NCBI GenBank assembly: GCA_029547385.1
Contig: JAKPPK010000170.1
Coordinates: forward strand, 1 to 50,535
Source: Candidatus Latescibacterota bacterium
Lineage (GTDB): Bacteria; Latescibacterota; MWCZ01
Direction of reading: 5' to 3'
DNA: 50,535 nt
Numbering within the stretch: position 1 is the stretch's first letter; each line of letters begins with the position of its first letter. The notes beneath the pieces are model-generated. The model made no database searches, had not been told where the DNA came from, and saw only the letters and a program-made list of their open reading frames with translations. The position numbers and the translations under genes were made by a program. This document shows positions 37,198 through 45,715 of this stretch, piece after piece.

Positions 37198-38931
37198 ATG
37201 CGTAATCATCTCAGCGCTGACGACTTCAAAACTCGCATACAATGGCATCCAGAGGATGCCGTCATCCGCGTGGACGGACGGCGAAAGATACTCGTCGACG
37301 TAGATGCCATGCATGCTCTGCGCGAGACCATCGTCAACACCGTTGGGCAGGAACGGGCGAGAGGCATCTACAGGCGTTTTGGGTACGGATGCGGGAAAGC
37401 CGACTTCGAGCAGGCCGCGGCAACCAATCCGGAAGCGTCTCCCGATGATCTTCTGGCGTTGGGGTTGCAGGCGCACATGTTCATGGGTCACGTGCATGCA
37501 GAACTGACAGAGACACGTCTGGACATGGAGAAAAAGGACCTTCGCGCGGAAGGCGTGTGGCGACACTCCTTCGAGACCGACTGCGGCGTGCCTCTGGGGC
37601 CTTCTTCGTGCTGGATGCTTCAAGGGTATGCATCAGGCTGGGCAAGTGCCCTTGTGGGAAAACCTGTGGTTGCTCTGGAACGTCAGTGTACCGGAGCAGG
37701 CGCGCCGTTCTGCATCTTCGAACTGCGAACTCCGGAAAAGCCTTTCGGACCGGAACAGGTTTTTCTGGACGACCTCGGGCAGGTCAACCTGGAGGACCAC
37801 ATCGGTCTTTTGGAGCAACTGGCGGCGGATCTTCGCACGGCACAGACGAGACTGATGGGTTCCGAGGCGAAATACCGCGCGCTGTTTGAGAACGCGCCCG
37901 ACATGATGATGCTGTGTGACCCGGTGACGGGTCGTATTCTCGACGTGAATCGTGCCGTGGTGGAACGCCTCGGGTACGAACGTGACGCCGTGCTCCGCAT
38001 GACGTTGCGTGATCTCCATCCTCAAAAAGACCACGCCACACTGAGTAAGGTAATCGGGCCTTCCATTACAGACCCGGTTGGCTCTTCGCCGATGCAATTG
38101 GTTGGTTCGGGAAAACAGGTTTGTTCCGTGGAGGCTGCGTTTTCGCTGGTTCCATTCGCGGGATCCACCGTTCTTCAAGCCATTTACCACGACGTAACTG
38201 GTTTTCAGACGGCCCAACTGGCTCTGCGCGAGGCGGAAGAGCTGGCGCGCATTGGCCGTATGGCCTCTGCCGTTGCCCACGAGATTCGCAATCCGCTGAG
38301 TGCCATCGTGAGCGGAATCCGCCTGCTCACGTCCTCCAAACGTTCTGAGGAAGAACGGTCGCTGATTTTCGACACGATTCTCGTCGAAAGTGAACGATTG
38401 GACAGCACGTTGAATGATTTCCTCCAGTTCGCACGCCCGCGGAACCCACGGAGAAAACCGGAAAACCTCGAGGAAATGCTGCAGGACCTCGTGAGAATCA
38501 TCTGGAGCGACAAAGACGCCGTCGGTTCGGTTGTGCCCAGAATAACGGTCTCTCCTGATCTGCCTCTTGTGAATTGCGACGGTGACCAGATCAGACAGGT
38601 GTTCTGGAACGTCATTCTGAACGCAATCCAGGCAATGGCAGGCCAGGGAGAGCTTGCCATCGATGTGACTTACGAGAACGGTCTGGTCCGTGTTTCGATT
38701 GCCGACACAGGCCCCGGAATTCCTCCGGAGGAACTCGAACGCGTGTTCGAGCCGTTTCACACTACAAAACCTCGGGGAACCGGTCTTGGCCTTCCCATCG
38801 CACGGCGAATTATCCAGGCCCACGGTGGAGCGATAGCTTTGGAAAGCCAACCGGGCGCGGGTACGCGGGTGACATTCACGTTGACCTCGGAAGGGATTGA
38901 TGGCAACTCCCAGAGTTCTGCTCGTAGATGA
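37198..38931 (+). CDS. Sensor histidine kinase with XylR-N/V4R sensor domain and PAS domain
   Basis: The N-terminal ~190 aa resemble the A domain of XylR/DmpR activators (VDAMHALRETIVNTVGQERARGIYRRFGYGCGKADF ... CWMLQGYASGWASALVGKPVVALERQCTGAGAPFCIFEL). A PAS domain follows, then an H-box (SAVAHEIRNPLSAI) and HATPase motifs (DTGPGI, GTGLGL). Confidence 0.85.
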   Translation: MRNHLSADDFKTRIQWHPEDAVIRVDGRRKILVDVDAMHALRETIVNTVGQERARGIYRRFGYGCGKADFEQAAATNPEASPDDLLALGLQAHMFMGHVHAELTETRLDMEKKDLRAEGVWRHSFETDCGVPLGPSSCWMLQGYASGWASALVGKPVVALERQCTGAGAPFCIFELRTPEKPFGPEQVFLDDLGQVNLEDHIGLLEQLAADLRTAQTRLMGSEAKYRALFENAPDMMMLCDPVTGRILDVNRAVVERLGYERDAVLRMTLRDLHPQKDHATLSKVIGPSITDPVGSSPMQLVGSGKQVCSVEAAFSLVPFAGSTVLQAIYHDVTGFQTAQLALREAEELARIGRMASAVAHEIRNPLSAIVSGIRLLTSSKRSEEERSLIFDTILVESERLDSTLNDFLQFARPRNPRRKPENLEEMLQDLVRIIWSDKDAVGSVVPRITVSPDLPLVNCDGDQIRQVFWNVILNAIQAMAGQGELAIDVTYENGLVRVSIADTGPGIPPEELERVFEPFHTTKPRGTGLGLPIARRIIQAHGGAIALESQPGAGTRVTFTLTSEGIDGNSQSSARR

Positions 38932-40279
38932 TGAACGCGCCGTTGTTGGTCTTCTGGCGCTGGCGCTGAAAGATGCCGGGTACCACGCCGATGTAGAACA
39001 CACGGGGACGGCAGCGGTGGGTCGCCTTTCAGACGAGGTGTACGACGCAGTTATCACAGACCTGCGTCTGGACGATATGACCGGGATCGACATTCTCAGA
39101 ATCGCGTGCAAACGCTACCCAAGCCCGGCGGTTCTGATAATGACGGGGTACGGTAGCGTGGATTCGGCAGTCGAAGCGATGAAACTCGGTGCAGCGGACT
39201 ACCTCACCAAACCCGTGTACCCGCAGGAGTTGCTGCTCACGCTTGAGCGTGCCCTCCAACACCGCCAGTTGCTCTCCGAACTGGATGCGTTGCGTCAACG
39301 CGTCGGTCAATTGCAGTTGGACGACCTTATCGGCATAAGCCCCGCGATGCAGACGGTGTTCCGCACAATTCAACGCATTGCGCGCACCGACGTGACAGTT
39401 CTCATCACCGGCGAAAGCGGCACGGGGAAGGAGCTGGTCGCTCGCGCTATCCACAACCATTCCTCGCGCGCAGCGCATCCGTTTCTTACGGTGAACTGCA
39501 GCGCGTTAACAGAGACCCTCCTCGAAAGTGAACTCTTTGGCCACGCAAAGGGAGCATTCACCGGGGCCATCGTTGCAAAAAAAGGCCTGTTTGAGGATGC
39601 CGACGGTGGGACCCTTCTCCTCGACGAAATCGGGGACATGGAGCTTGGAGCGCAGGCAGCGCTTCTGCGGGTCCTTGAATCGGGAGAGGTCAGGAGGGTG
39701 GGCGAAACAAGGCCGGTAGGAGTGGATGTGCGGATTGTGGCTTCCACGAACCGCGATCTCGAAAATGCGATTCGTGAAGGGAAATTCCGGGAAGACCTCT
39801 ATTACCGACTTCGGGTTGTCCCCGTGGATATCCCACCTCTCAGAAAACGACTGGACGATGTACTCCCCCTTGCGCAGCATTTTCTGGCTCGGTACGCCCC
39901 CAAATTCAATCGGGGACACGTCCGGCTTGCGAAAGAAACAGGTGAGGCTCTCCTTCGGTACACATGGCCGGGAAATGTGCGCGAACTGGAACATGCAATC
40001 GAACGCGCGCTGCTGTTGTCTGATGGCGACGTGCTCCTCCCGGAAGACCTTCCGCCCGAGGTGTCCAGCCCTCCCGCGAGCAGGGCCAACACGACGCAAT
40101 TGACGCTTGCGGAAATGGAACGGCAACACATCCTCGAACGCCTCGACCAGTGCTCCGGCAATCGAAGCGAAGCCGCGCGACAGCTTGGCATCAGCCGGAA
40201 TACGCTCGCGCGGAAATTGAAGAGTTACGGATTTTCGGACGAAGAAACGAACGAAGCGAGCGACGAAGCCTTTCCATAA
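38900..40279 (+). CDS. Sigma54-dependent response regulator (NtrC/AtoC family)
   Basis: Receiver domain (VLLVDDE, ITDLRLDDMTG, YLTKP), AAA+ sigma54-interaction domain (GESGTGKELVARAIH, GAFTGA, ESELFGH) and a C-terminal Fis-type HTH (AARQLGISRNTLARKL). It overlaps the kinase gene end by 32 nt. Confidence 0.9.
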   Translation: MATPRVLLVDDERAVVGLLALALKDAGYHADVEHTGTAAVGRLSDEVYDAVITDLRLDDMTGIDILRIACKRYPSPAVLIMTGYGSVDSAVEAMKLGAADYLTKPVYPQELLLTLERALQHRQLLSELDALRQRVGQLQLDDLIGISPAMQTVFRTIQRIARTDVTVLITGESGTGKELVARAIHNHSSRAAHPFLTVNCSALTETLLESELFGHAKGAFTGAIVAKKGLFEDADGGTLLLDEIGDMELGAQAALLRVLESGEVRRVGETRPVGVDVRIVASTNRDLENAIREGKFREDLYYRLRVVPVDIPPLRKRLDDVLPLAQHFLARYAPKFNRGHVRLAKETGEALLRYTWPGNVRELEHAIERALLLSDGDVLLPEDLPPEVSSPPASRANTTQLTLAEMERQHILERLDQCSGNRSEAARQLGISRNTLARKLKSYGFSDEETNEASDEAFP

Positions 40280-40433
40280 CCTGGCGCGAAGAAACGAACC
40301 AAAGGGGCAACGAAATGTAGCAACGGGCCCGGTTGAATCAGGATCTGCCAGCCCCCGGGTCTCCAAGAGAAACCCCGTTGATGGCGTCTTTCCCGCTTCT
40401 CTTCACCTTCGCTGCGACACCCGACCGCACTTC

Positions 40434-40449
40434 TGGCACGGAATGTGGA
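40434..40449 (+). promoter_or_regulatory. Weak candidate sigma54 (-24/-12) promoter upstream of the receiver gene
   Basis: TGGCACGGAATGTGGA compared with consensus TGGCACG-N4-TTGCW. The -24 element is perfect. The -12 element reads GTGG, so the conserved GC is GG. It lies about 40 nt upstream of ATG 40490. Confidence 0.2.
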
Positions 40450-40489
40450 GTAATCGTTGGCCGCAGGGTTCATCGAGAAGGGTTGCGGA

Positions 40490-40870
40490 ATGCTTTCGGT
40501 TTTGGTTGTGGACGACGAAACGGGTGCGCGCACCATGCTGGCAATGGCATTGCGGGGCGCGGATATCCACGTCGACATGGCCGCAGACGGCCCGACTGCG
40601 CTCGAACTGATCGGGAAAAACCCGTACGACTGGGTGGTTTCGGACGTAAAACTGCCGGGCATGGACGGCGTGACGCTCATCAAACAGATCGGTCGCCTGA
40701 GTCCGAAAACCCGAATGCTCCTCATAAGCGCCGTACTGCATGAGGATGACGTACGGGCGCTTCCCATAGACGGCTTCTGGCGCAAACCTTTCGACCCGTT
40801 TGCCATCCAGAGATTCATCGTGGAAAACGCGAATGCTGCCGATTCCAGGAAGGCCTATGGACTCCGCTGA
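40490..40870 (+). CDS. Single-domain response regulator (CheY-like receiver)
   Basis: VLVVDDE, phospho-acceptor context WVVSDVKLPGMDG, LLISA and FWRKPF, which is the complete receiver residue set. There is no output domain. Confidence 0.8.
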   Translation: MLSVLVVDDETGARTMLAMALRGADIHVDMAADGPTALELIGKNPYDWVVSDVKLPGMDGVTLIKQIGRLSPKTRMLLISAVLHEDDVRALPIDGFWRKPFDPFAIQRFIVENANAADSRKAYGLR

Positions 40871-41718
40871 AATGCAGAACCCGCTCGTGCTATCTCTTCC
40901 TTGAGACCGGCAGCCACGCCGCCCGCTGCTTCGGCAAAATCCTCTCCATTCGAAGCGTAGAGAACCGCCCGCGATGCGTTGATGAGAGCGCCGCCTCCGG
41001 TTTTCCACGAACCAAGTCTGACGCTCAGCTCCAGGTCTCCTCCCTGTGCTCCAATCCCGGGTATCAGAAACGGTGATTCCGGACAGATCTCCCGGACAAT
41101 CCCGATCTGCTCGGGCCGGGTGCCACCGACCACCAGCCCGGTGGATGGGTTCTGGGATTGCACCAGTCTGGCCACCTTCACGTACAACGGTTCCCCCTCG
41201 CAGGGCAGCATCTGAATCTGCGCCGCGGACGGGTTCGAAGTCAGACAAAGCACGAAACCGGCTTTGCCCGGGTACCCGAGGAATGGCTCGATTGCGTCCC
41301 ATCCGAGGTAGGGGCTCAACGTGACCGCATCTACGCCGAGTTTCTCGAAATAGGATCTCGCGTACAGGTGCGCGGTCGAACCGATATCACCCCGCTTGGC
41401 ATCCAGGATTACTGGTATGTCCTCCGGAACGCTGCTGATGACATCCTCCAGAATAGAGAAGGCATCGCGGCCCAGAGCCTCGAAAAAGGCGATGTTCGGT
41501 TTGAACGCGCACGCGTGCGGAGCGGTCGATTCGATGATGCGCCGGCAGAAAGCCGTGACGCCGGTGCTCGAACGGGGTAGACACGCCGGGAGCTTCTCCA
41601 CAATCGGATCCAGCCCGACGCAGAGCCAGGAACCGCGTGTCCGGGCTGCAGCTTTCAACTTCGCGAGAAAATCCACGTTACTTCTCCGGGGAATGGGCAC
41701 GTTGTGCGGATACGGCAT
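40855..41718 (-). CDS. pyrF: Orotidine 5'-phosphate decarboxylase (type 2)
   Basis: LCVGLDP and DAKRGDIGST motifs. The start is either ATG 41718 (overlapping the recD2 end) or GTG 41676, which lies 1 nt after the recD2 TAA with GGAG upstream. The 41850 start is unlikely. Confidence 0.8.
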   Translation of the reverse strand: MPYPHNVPIPRRSNVDFLAKLKAAARTRGSWLCVGLDPIVEKLPACLPRSSTGVTAFCRRIIESTAPHACAFKPNIAFFEALGRDAFSILEDVISSVPEDIPVILDAKRGDIGSTAHLYARSYFEKLGVDAVTLSPYLGWDAIEPFLGYPGKAGFVLCLTSNPSAAQIQMLPCEGEPLYVKVARLVQSQNPSTGLVVGGTRPEQIGIVREICPESPFLIPGIGAQGGDLELSVRLGSWKTGGGALINASRAVLYASNGEDFAEAAGGVAAGLKEEIARAGSAFQRSP

Positions 41719-43888
41719 CCCGTATTTCCTGTGCCAGCATGGTGTAACGTCCGGTCGCTGAACCATTCCGAATGGCAATCGCGAGCGCCTTCTTCGAACC
41801 GACAAGGACAAGCAGTCTCTTCGCCCGCGTGACCGCGGTGTACAATACATTGCGCTGGAGCATCATATAGTGCTGCGTCGTGATCGGCATCACCACGGCG
41901 GGGAATTCAGATCCCTGGCTCCGGTGAACGCTGATCGCGTACGCCAGGCTCAGTTCGTCGAGCTCGTCAAACTCGTACGTGACGCGAACGGTATCCGCCG
42001 CGGAAAGGTTCAGTTCGACGCTGACCTTGGCGTTCTCGGCGTCCACGCCCACGATCCTGCCGATATCTCCATTGAAAACCATCTTGGAGTAATTGTTGCG
42101 CGTCACAATAACCTTGTCACCCACGCGGAACTCCGTAGTCCCGCGTGGCACGGAGGCACCTCCGGGGTTAAGTTTCTCCTGAAGCAGTTTGTTCAGCGCA
42201 TTAGCCCCGGTCTCCCCGCGGTACATGGGTGTCAGCACCTGGATTTCCGTGAACCGGTTGAGCTTGTACCGGAAGGGAAGGCGGCGTGTCACGAGGTCGG
42301 CGATCGTAGCGGCTATTTCCTCGGGATCTTCCCGGTAGACAAAGAAAAAATCGCCTTCGCGTGTGTTCGGAAGCTGCGGGAAAACACCCTGATTGATGGC
42401 ATGGGCGTTTGTCACGATCATACTCGCCTGTGCCTGCCTGAACACCGTGCGCAGCGCCACCGTCGCAACAACCTGAGAAGCGATGATGTCGCGGAGCACC
42501 TGACCCGGTCCCACCGACGGCAACTGGTCCGCATCGCCGACAAGGATCAATCTGCATCCGGAAGGAAGCGCCCGCACCAAATGGAGGAAGAGCTCCGTGT
42601 CCACCATTGAGGCTTCGTCCACAAGAACCACATCCGCGGGAAGTGGATGCCGCTCGTCGTGCTGGAATTCATGCCCGCCGGGAACAAAACCAAGGAGACG
42701 GTGAATCGTCTTTGCCTCGTGCCCGGTCACTTCGGCGAGTCGTTTGGCGGCCCGGCCCGTAGGCGCACAGAGGAGAAGTCTCTTTCGTTCCGCGACCAGC
42801 TCACTCACGATCCCTTGGGTGGTTGTGGTTTTGCCGGTTCCCGGTCCCCCCGTGATGACGAGGACTCCCTCTTGCAACGATGCCATGATCGCCGCAGCCT
42901 GTTCAGGCGCATACTGCACACCGGTGCGCGATTCGACGCGGGCTATCACCGACGCCTGAATTTCATTGTTGCGGGGTGAAGGATGGTGCGTGATCAGATC
43001 AGCAAGGCACTGTGCGATCTGGCGTTCGCAGAACACATACCGCGGGAGTGAGACACGATTGGCCTCAAAAAGGATTTCACCGGCTCGCGCCGCGCGCTCC
43101 ATTATCGGCAAAATCGCCGAAACGGGAACCGAAAGCTGCTGCGCTGTTTCCTGCGTCAATTCGTCTGCCGGAAGGTATGTGTGGCCTTGTTCGGTGGAGC
43201 GGTTCAGGACGTATTTGATTCCGGCTTCGATGCGGCGGGGATCGTCCTGCCCTATGCCGACGTGTTCCGCGATCTTGTCAGCGGTCTTGAACCCGATACC
43301 GGAAATTTCGTCCGCGAGGCGGTACGGGTCAGCCTTGATCACTGCGACTGATTCAGCGCCGTACTTGCGGTAAATGCGATGTGCGACTCCAGTGGGGATT
43401 TCGTGATGTTGCAGGAAAAGCATCAGTTCGCGGATATCTGCCTGTTCTCTCCATGCCGCCTGAATCTGTCTTACGCGGGTGGGGCCGATTCCTTCTATTT
43501 CGCGGAGCCGGTCCGGGTGTTTCGTGATTACGTCCAGAGTCTCCGCGCCGAATTTCCGTACGATCTTCTCTGCAAACGCAGGCCCGATTCCCTTGATCAG
43601 GCCACTGCCCAGGTAACGTTTCAGTCCTTCCGAAGACGAAGGCAGAATTGTACGATAGCTGGTGAGGCGCAACTGCTCGCCGTATGACGGGTGTGATTTC
43701 CATTCGCCGGAGACTTCAACCGTTTCCCCGATTGTGCAGGCGGGGATAGTGCCCACTATCGTTACCGGCACCTTGTCAGGCTCACGCACGAGCCGTGCGA
43801 TCGTAAAGCCGGTATCATCGTTGCGGAAGGTGACATGATCGAGGACGCCTCGCAGTGTGTCGTTCGAAGAAATAGGTGTTTCGGGCAC
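41678..43888 (-). CDS. recD2: RecD2-like SF1 DNA helicase (ATP-dependent RecD-like)
   Basis: N-terminal OB-like region, three HhH-like GIGP/GIGF motifs, Walker A VITGGPGTGKTT, LILVGDADQLPSVGPG, and a C-terminal SH3-like and 2B region (AYAISVHRSQGSEF). GTG 43888 lies 5 nt after GGGAGG. The longer starts 43945 and 44131 lack an SD. Confidence 0.85.
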   Translation of the reverse strand: MPETPISSNDTLRGVLDHVTFRNDDTGFTIARLVREPDKVPVTIVGTIPACTIGETVEVSGEWKSHPSYGEQLRLTSYRTILPSSSEGLKRYLGSGLIKGIGPAFAEKIVRKFGAETLDVITKHPDRLREIEGIGPTRVRQIQAAWREQADIRELMLFLQHHEIPTGVAHRIYRKYGAESVAVIKADPYRLADEISGIGFKTADKIAEHVGIGQDDPRRIEAGIKYVLNRSTEQGHTYLPADELTQETAQQLSVPVSAILPIMERAARAGEILFEANRVSLPRYVFCERQIAQCLADLITHHPSPRNNEIQASVIARVESRTGVQYAPEQAAAIMASLQEGVLVITGGPGTGKTTTTQGIVSELVAERKRLLLCAPTGRAAKRLAEVTGHEAKTIHRLLGFVPGGHEFQHDERHPLPADVVLVDEASMVDTELFLHLVRALPSGCRLILVGDADQLPSVGPGQVLRDIIASQVVATVALRTVFRQAQASMIVTNAHAINQGVFPQLPNTREGDFFFVYREDPEEIAATIADLVTRRLPFRYKLNRFTEIQVLTPMYRGETGANALNKLLQEKLNPGGASVPRGTTEFRVGDKVIVTRNNYSKMVFNGDIGRIVGVDAENAKVSVELNLSAADTVRVTYEFDELDELSLAYAISVHRSQGSEFPAVVMPITTQHYMMLQRNVLYTAVTRAKRLLVLVGSKKALAIAIRNGSATGRYTMLAQEIRDAVSAQRAHSPEK

Positions 43889-44013
43889 GAACGCCTCCCA
43901 TTTTGCAACAAAAAAATACTCGGGATTGCCGGGCGCGGGCAACATCGGTTGACAGTGGTCGGAGGAGCGGTTATCTACTGAGAAGGAAGGTATACCAGGA
44001 AAGGGAGGCGGCG

Positions 44014-44403
44014 TTGGCCTACGAGGTTGTTGTTGCGAAGACGGAAGAATGGCAGGACGGCAGCCTCGGAATCGTAGAGGTGGACGGGCACCGGGTCGCG
44101 TTGTGTCGAGTTGGTGACGCATTCTTCGCATTTGACGACCGATGCCCGCACGCCGGCAGCACGCTGGGATTGGGGACGCTTCACGCCAATGCGGTGGAAT
44201 GCCCGCGGCATCAATATCTCTGGCGTGTGACTGACGGGGCCCCGCTGACGACAGCGGGCCCGCTTACGTTGTTTCAGGTGCGCGTGGAAGGCGACAGTGT
44301 ATTACTCACTGTGCCTGACCGATGGCCCGAGCCCGCCCACTGGGCACGCCACCCCAAACGGGAGGAACTCAGACGCCGCCACGGATTCGAGGAAGGCGAA
44401 TGA
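44014..44403 (+). CDS. Small Rieske [2Fe-2S] domain protein (NirD-like ferredoxin)
   Basis: Rieske motif CPH-x16-CPRH (CPHAGSTLGLGTLHANAVECPRH). TTG 44014 lies 5 nt after GGGAGG. The upstream part of the 43876 ORF overlaps the recD2 start and is not considered coding. Confidence 0.75.
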   Translation: MAYEVVVAKTEEWQDGSLGIVEVDGHRVALCRVGDAFFAFDDRCPHAGSTLGLGTLHANAVECPRHQYLWRVTDGAPLTTAGPLTLFQVRVEGDSVLLTVPDRWPEPAHWARHPKREELRRRHGFEEGE

Positions 44404-44437
44404 TGGTGCGAGTTCTTTTGCCGGAAAAGGAGCGTTC

Positions 44438-45175
44438 GTGAAAGCGCTGGTTCTGGCCGGTGGCTACGCCACCCGCCTCCACCCGGTTACACTGGAGGCC
44501 TCCAAGCCGCTCCTCAAGGTCAACGGCCGACCGATCGTCGATTACGTCCTCGACGGCATCGAAACACTGGGAGATGTCGACACGACGTACGTCGTGACGA
44601 ATGCGAAGTTTTTCCAGGATTACGTGGAGTGGGCAAAAACCCAGCAGCGGCCATTCGATGTGGTGCCGTTGAGCGACGGGACGACGTCAAACGCAGACCG
44701 TTTGGGGGCAATCGGAGATATTCAATTCGCCATCGAAACGCAGTCAGTTGACGACGACCTGCTTATCGTTGGCGGTGACAATCTTTTCGACTTTTCGCTG
44801 CGCCCTTTGAGAGATCTCCAGCGCGCGGCGGGGCGTTCAGTTCTGGGGTGCTACGACGTGGGCTCTCTGGATCTCGTATCGCTCTACAGCGAAGTGCACA
44901 TCGAGAAGGGGTTGGTTTCTTCGTTCGTTGAGAAACCGGAAACGCCGACGAGCCCTCTGATAGGCATCCTTTGCTACGCTCTTCGCAGACAGGACGTTCC
45001 CCTTGTCCGCCGTTACCTCGAAGAGGGCCGCGGTCCGGACAAAGCGGGCCACCTCATTCAGTGGATGCGTACGGTCACCGAGGTTGCGGCATACGTTTTT
45101 GAAGGCAGGTGGATTGACATAGGTACCAGAGCGGAACTCGACAAAGCGGAGAAACAGTGGTCGTGCCCTGCCTAA
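44438..45175 (+). CDS. Sugar-phosphate nucleotidyltransferase (NTP_transferase family)
   Basis: GTG 44438 lies 5 nt after AAAAGGAG. The N-terminal signature is LVLAGGYATRLHPVTLEASKPLLKV (GxGTRL-type). Confidence 0.8.
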   Translation: MKALVLAGGYATRLHPVTLEASKPLLKVNGRPIVDYVLDGIETLGDVDTTYVVTNAKFFQDYVEWAKTQQRPFDVVPLSDGTTSNADRLGAIGDIQFAIETQSVDDDLLIVGGDNLFDFSLRPLRDLQRAAGRSVLGCYDVGSLDLVSLYSEVHIEKGLVSSFVEKPETPTSPLIGILCYALRRQDVPLVRRYLEEGRGPDKAGHLIQWMRTVTEVAAYVFEGRWIDIGTRAELDKAEKQWSCPA

Positions 45176-45177
45176 GG

Positions 45178-45621
45178 TTACCCCGCGCGTGATAGATGGC
45201 CTTCCCGTTCGCTGCCGGTCCGAACACTGGAAAACTGGTAATACACAAGGTCGTGGTCCGCATATAACGTGTGTTCAAATCCCCGAACGCACGCTACCAT
45301 ATCCGGTGGCTGGAGAATCTCTTCCACCATCCTGCCGTCCTTGCCGCGCATCGTAACGGTCGGGTGTCCTTCCACAAACCACCAGTATTCGTCGAAATCG
45401 TGGAAGTGCAGTTCCACCGGAGTTCTGGCCGGCAAGCGGTACTGGTGGAAGGTCGCTGGGTCTACGGGGTTCAGCAGGTCCGCCAGTTGTCCGCAAATCC
45501 TGGCGCCCTGACTGAAACGGACGATGCAGATGCCCGGGTCTGTTCCCTGCGTTATTTCCACCATGGTTTCGCCTTCTTTCGGATTTCCCAGTTCGCTGGC
45601 ATAAGCCTGCGCTTCCGTCAT
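45178..45621 (-). CDS. Cupin domain protein
   Basis: Cupin motif 1 is present as HFHDFDEYWWFVEG (HxH...E...G), with a later H in FEHTLYA. The start is uncertain (ATG 45621 or ATG 45564). Confidence 0.65.
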   Translation of the reverse strand: MTEAQAYASELGNPKEGETMVEITQGTDPGICIVRFSQGARICGQLADLLNPVDPATFHQYRLPARTPVELHFHDFDEYWWFVEGHPTVTMRGKDGRMVEEILQPPDMVACVRGFEHTLYADHDLVYYQFSSVRTGSEREGHLSRAG

Positions 45622-45715
45622 AACTTGCCCTGTGTCCGCCTCTGAGTGTGGAGTATATTGGATACGCGGGATAACGGCAAACCCCGCGATTCACGCCCGG
45701 GACAGGGAGGTTTTT

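Noticed and set aside
43889-44131. N-terminal extensions of the recD2 ORF (to 43945 or 44131) and of the Rieske ORF (from 43876), which overlap each other on opposite strands.
   Set aside because: Both extensions are Arg/Pro-rich with no SD. Good SD-start pairs exist at GTG 43888 (recD2) and TTG 44014 (Rieske), and these leave a normal 125-nt divergent promoter region.
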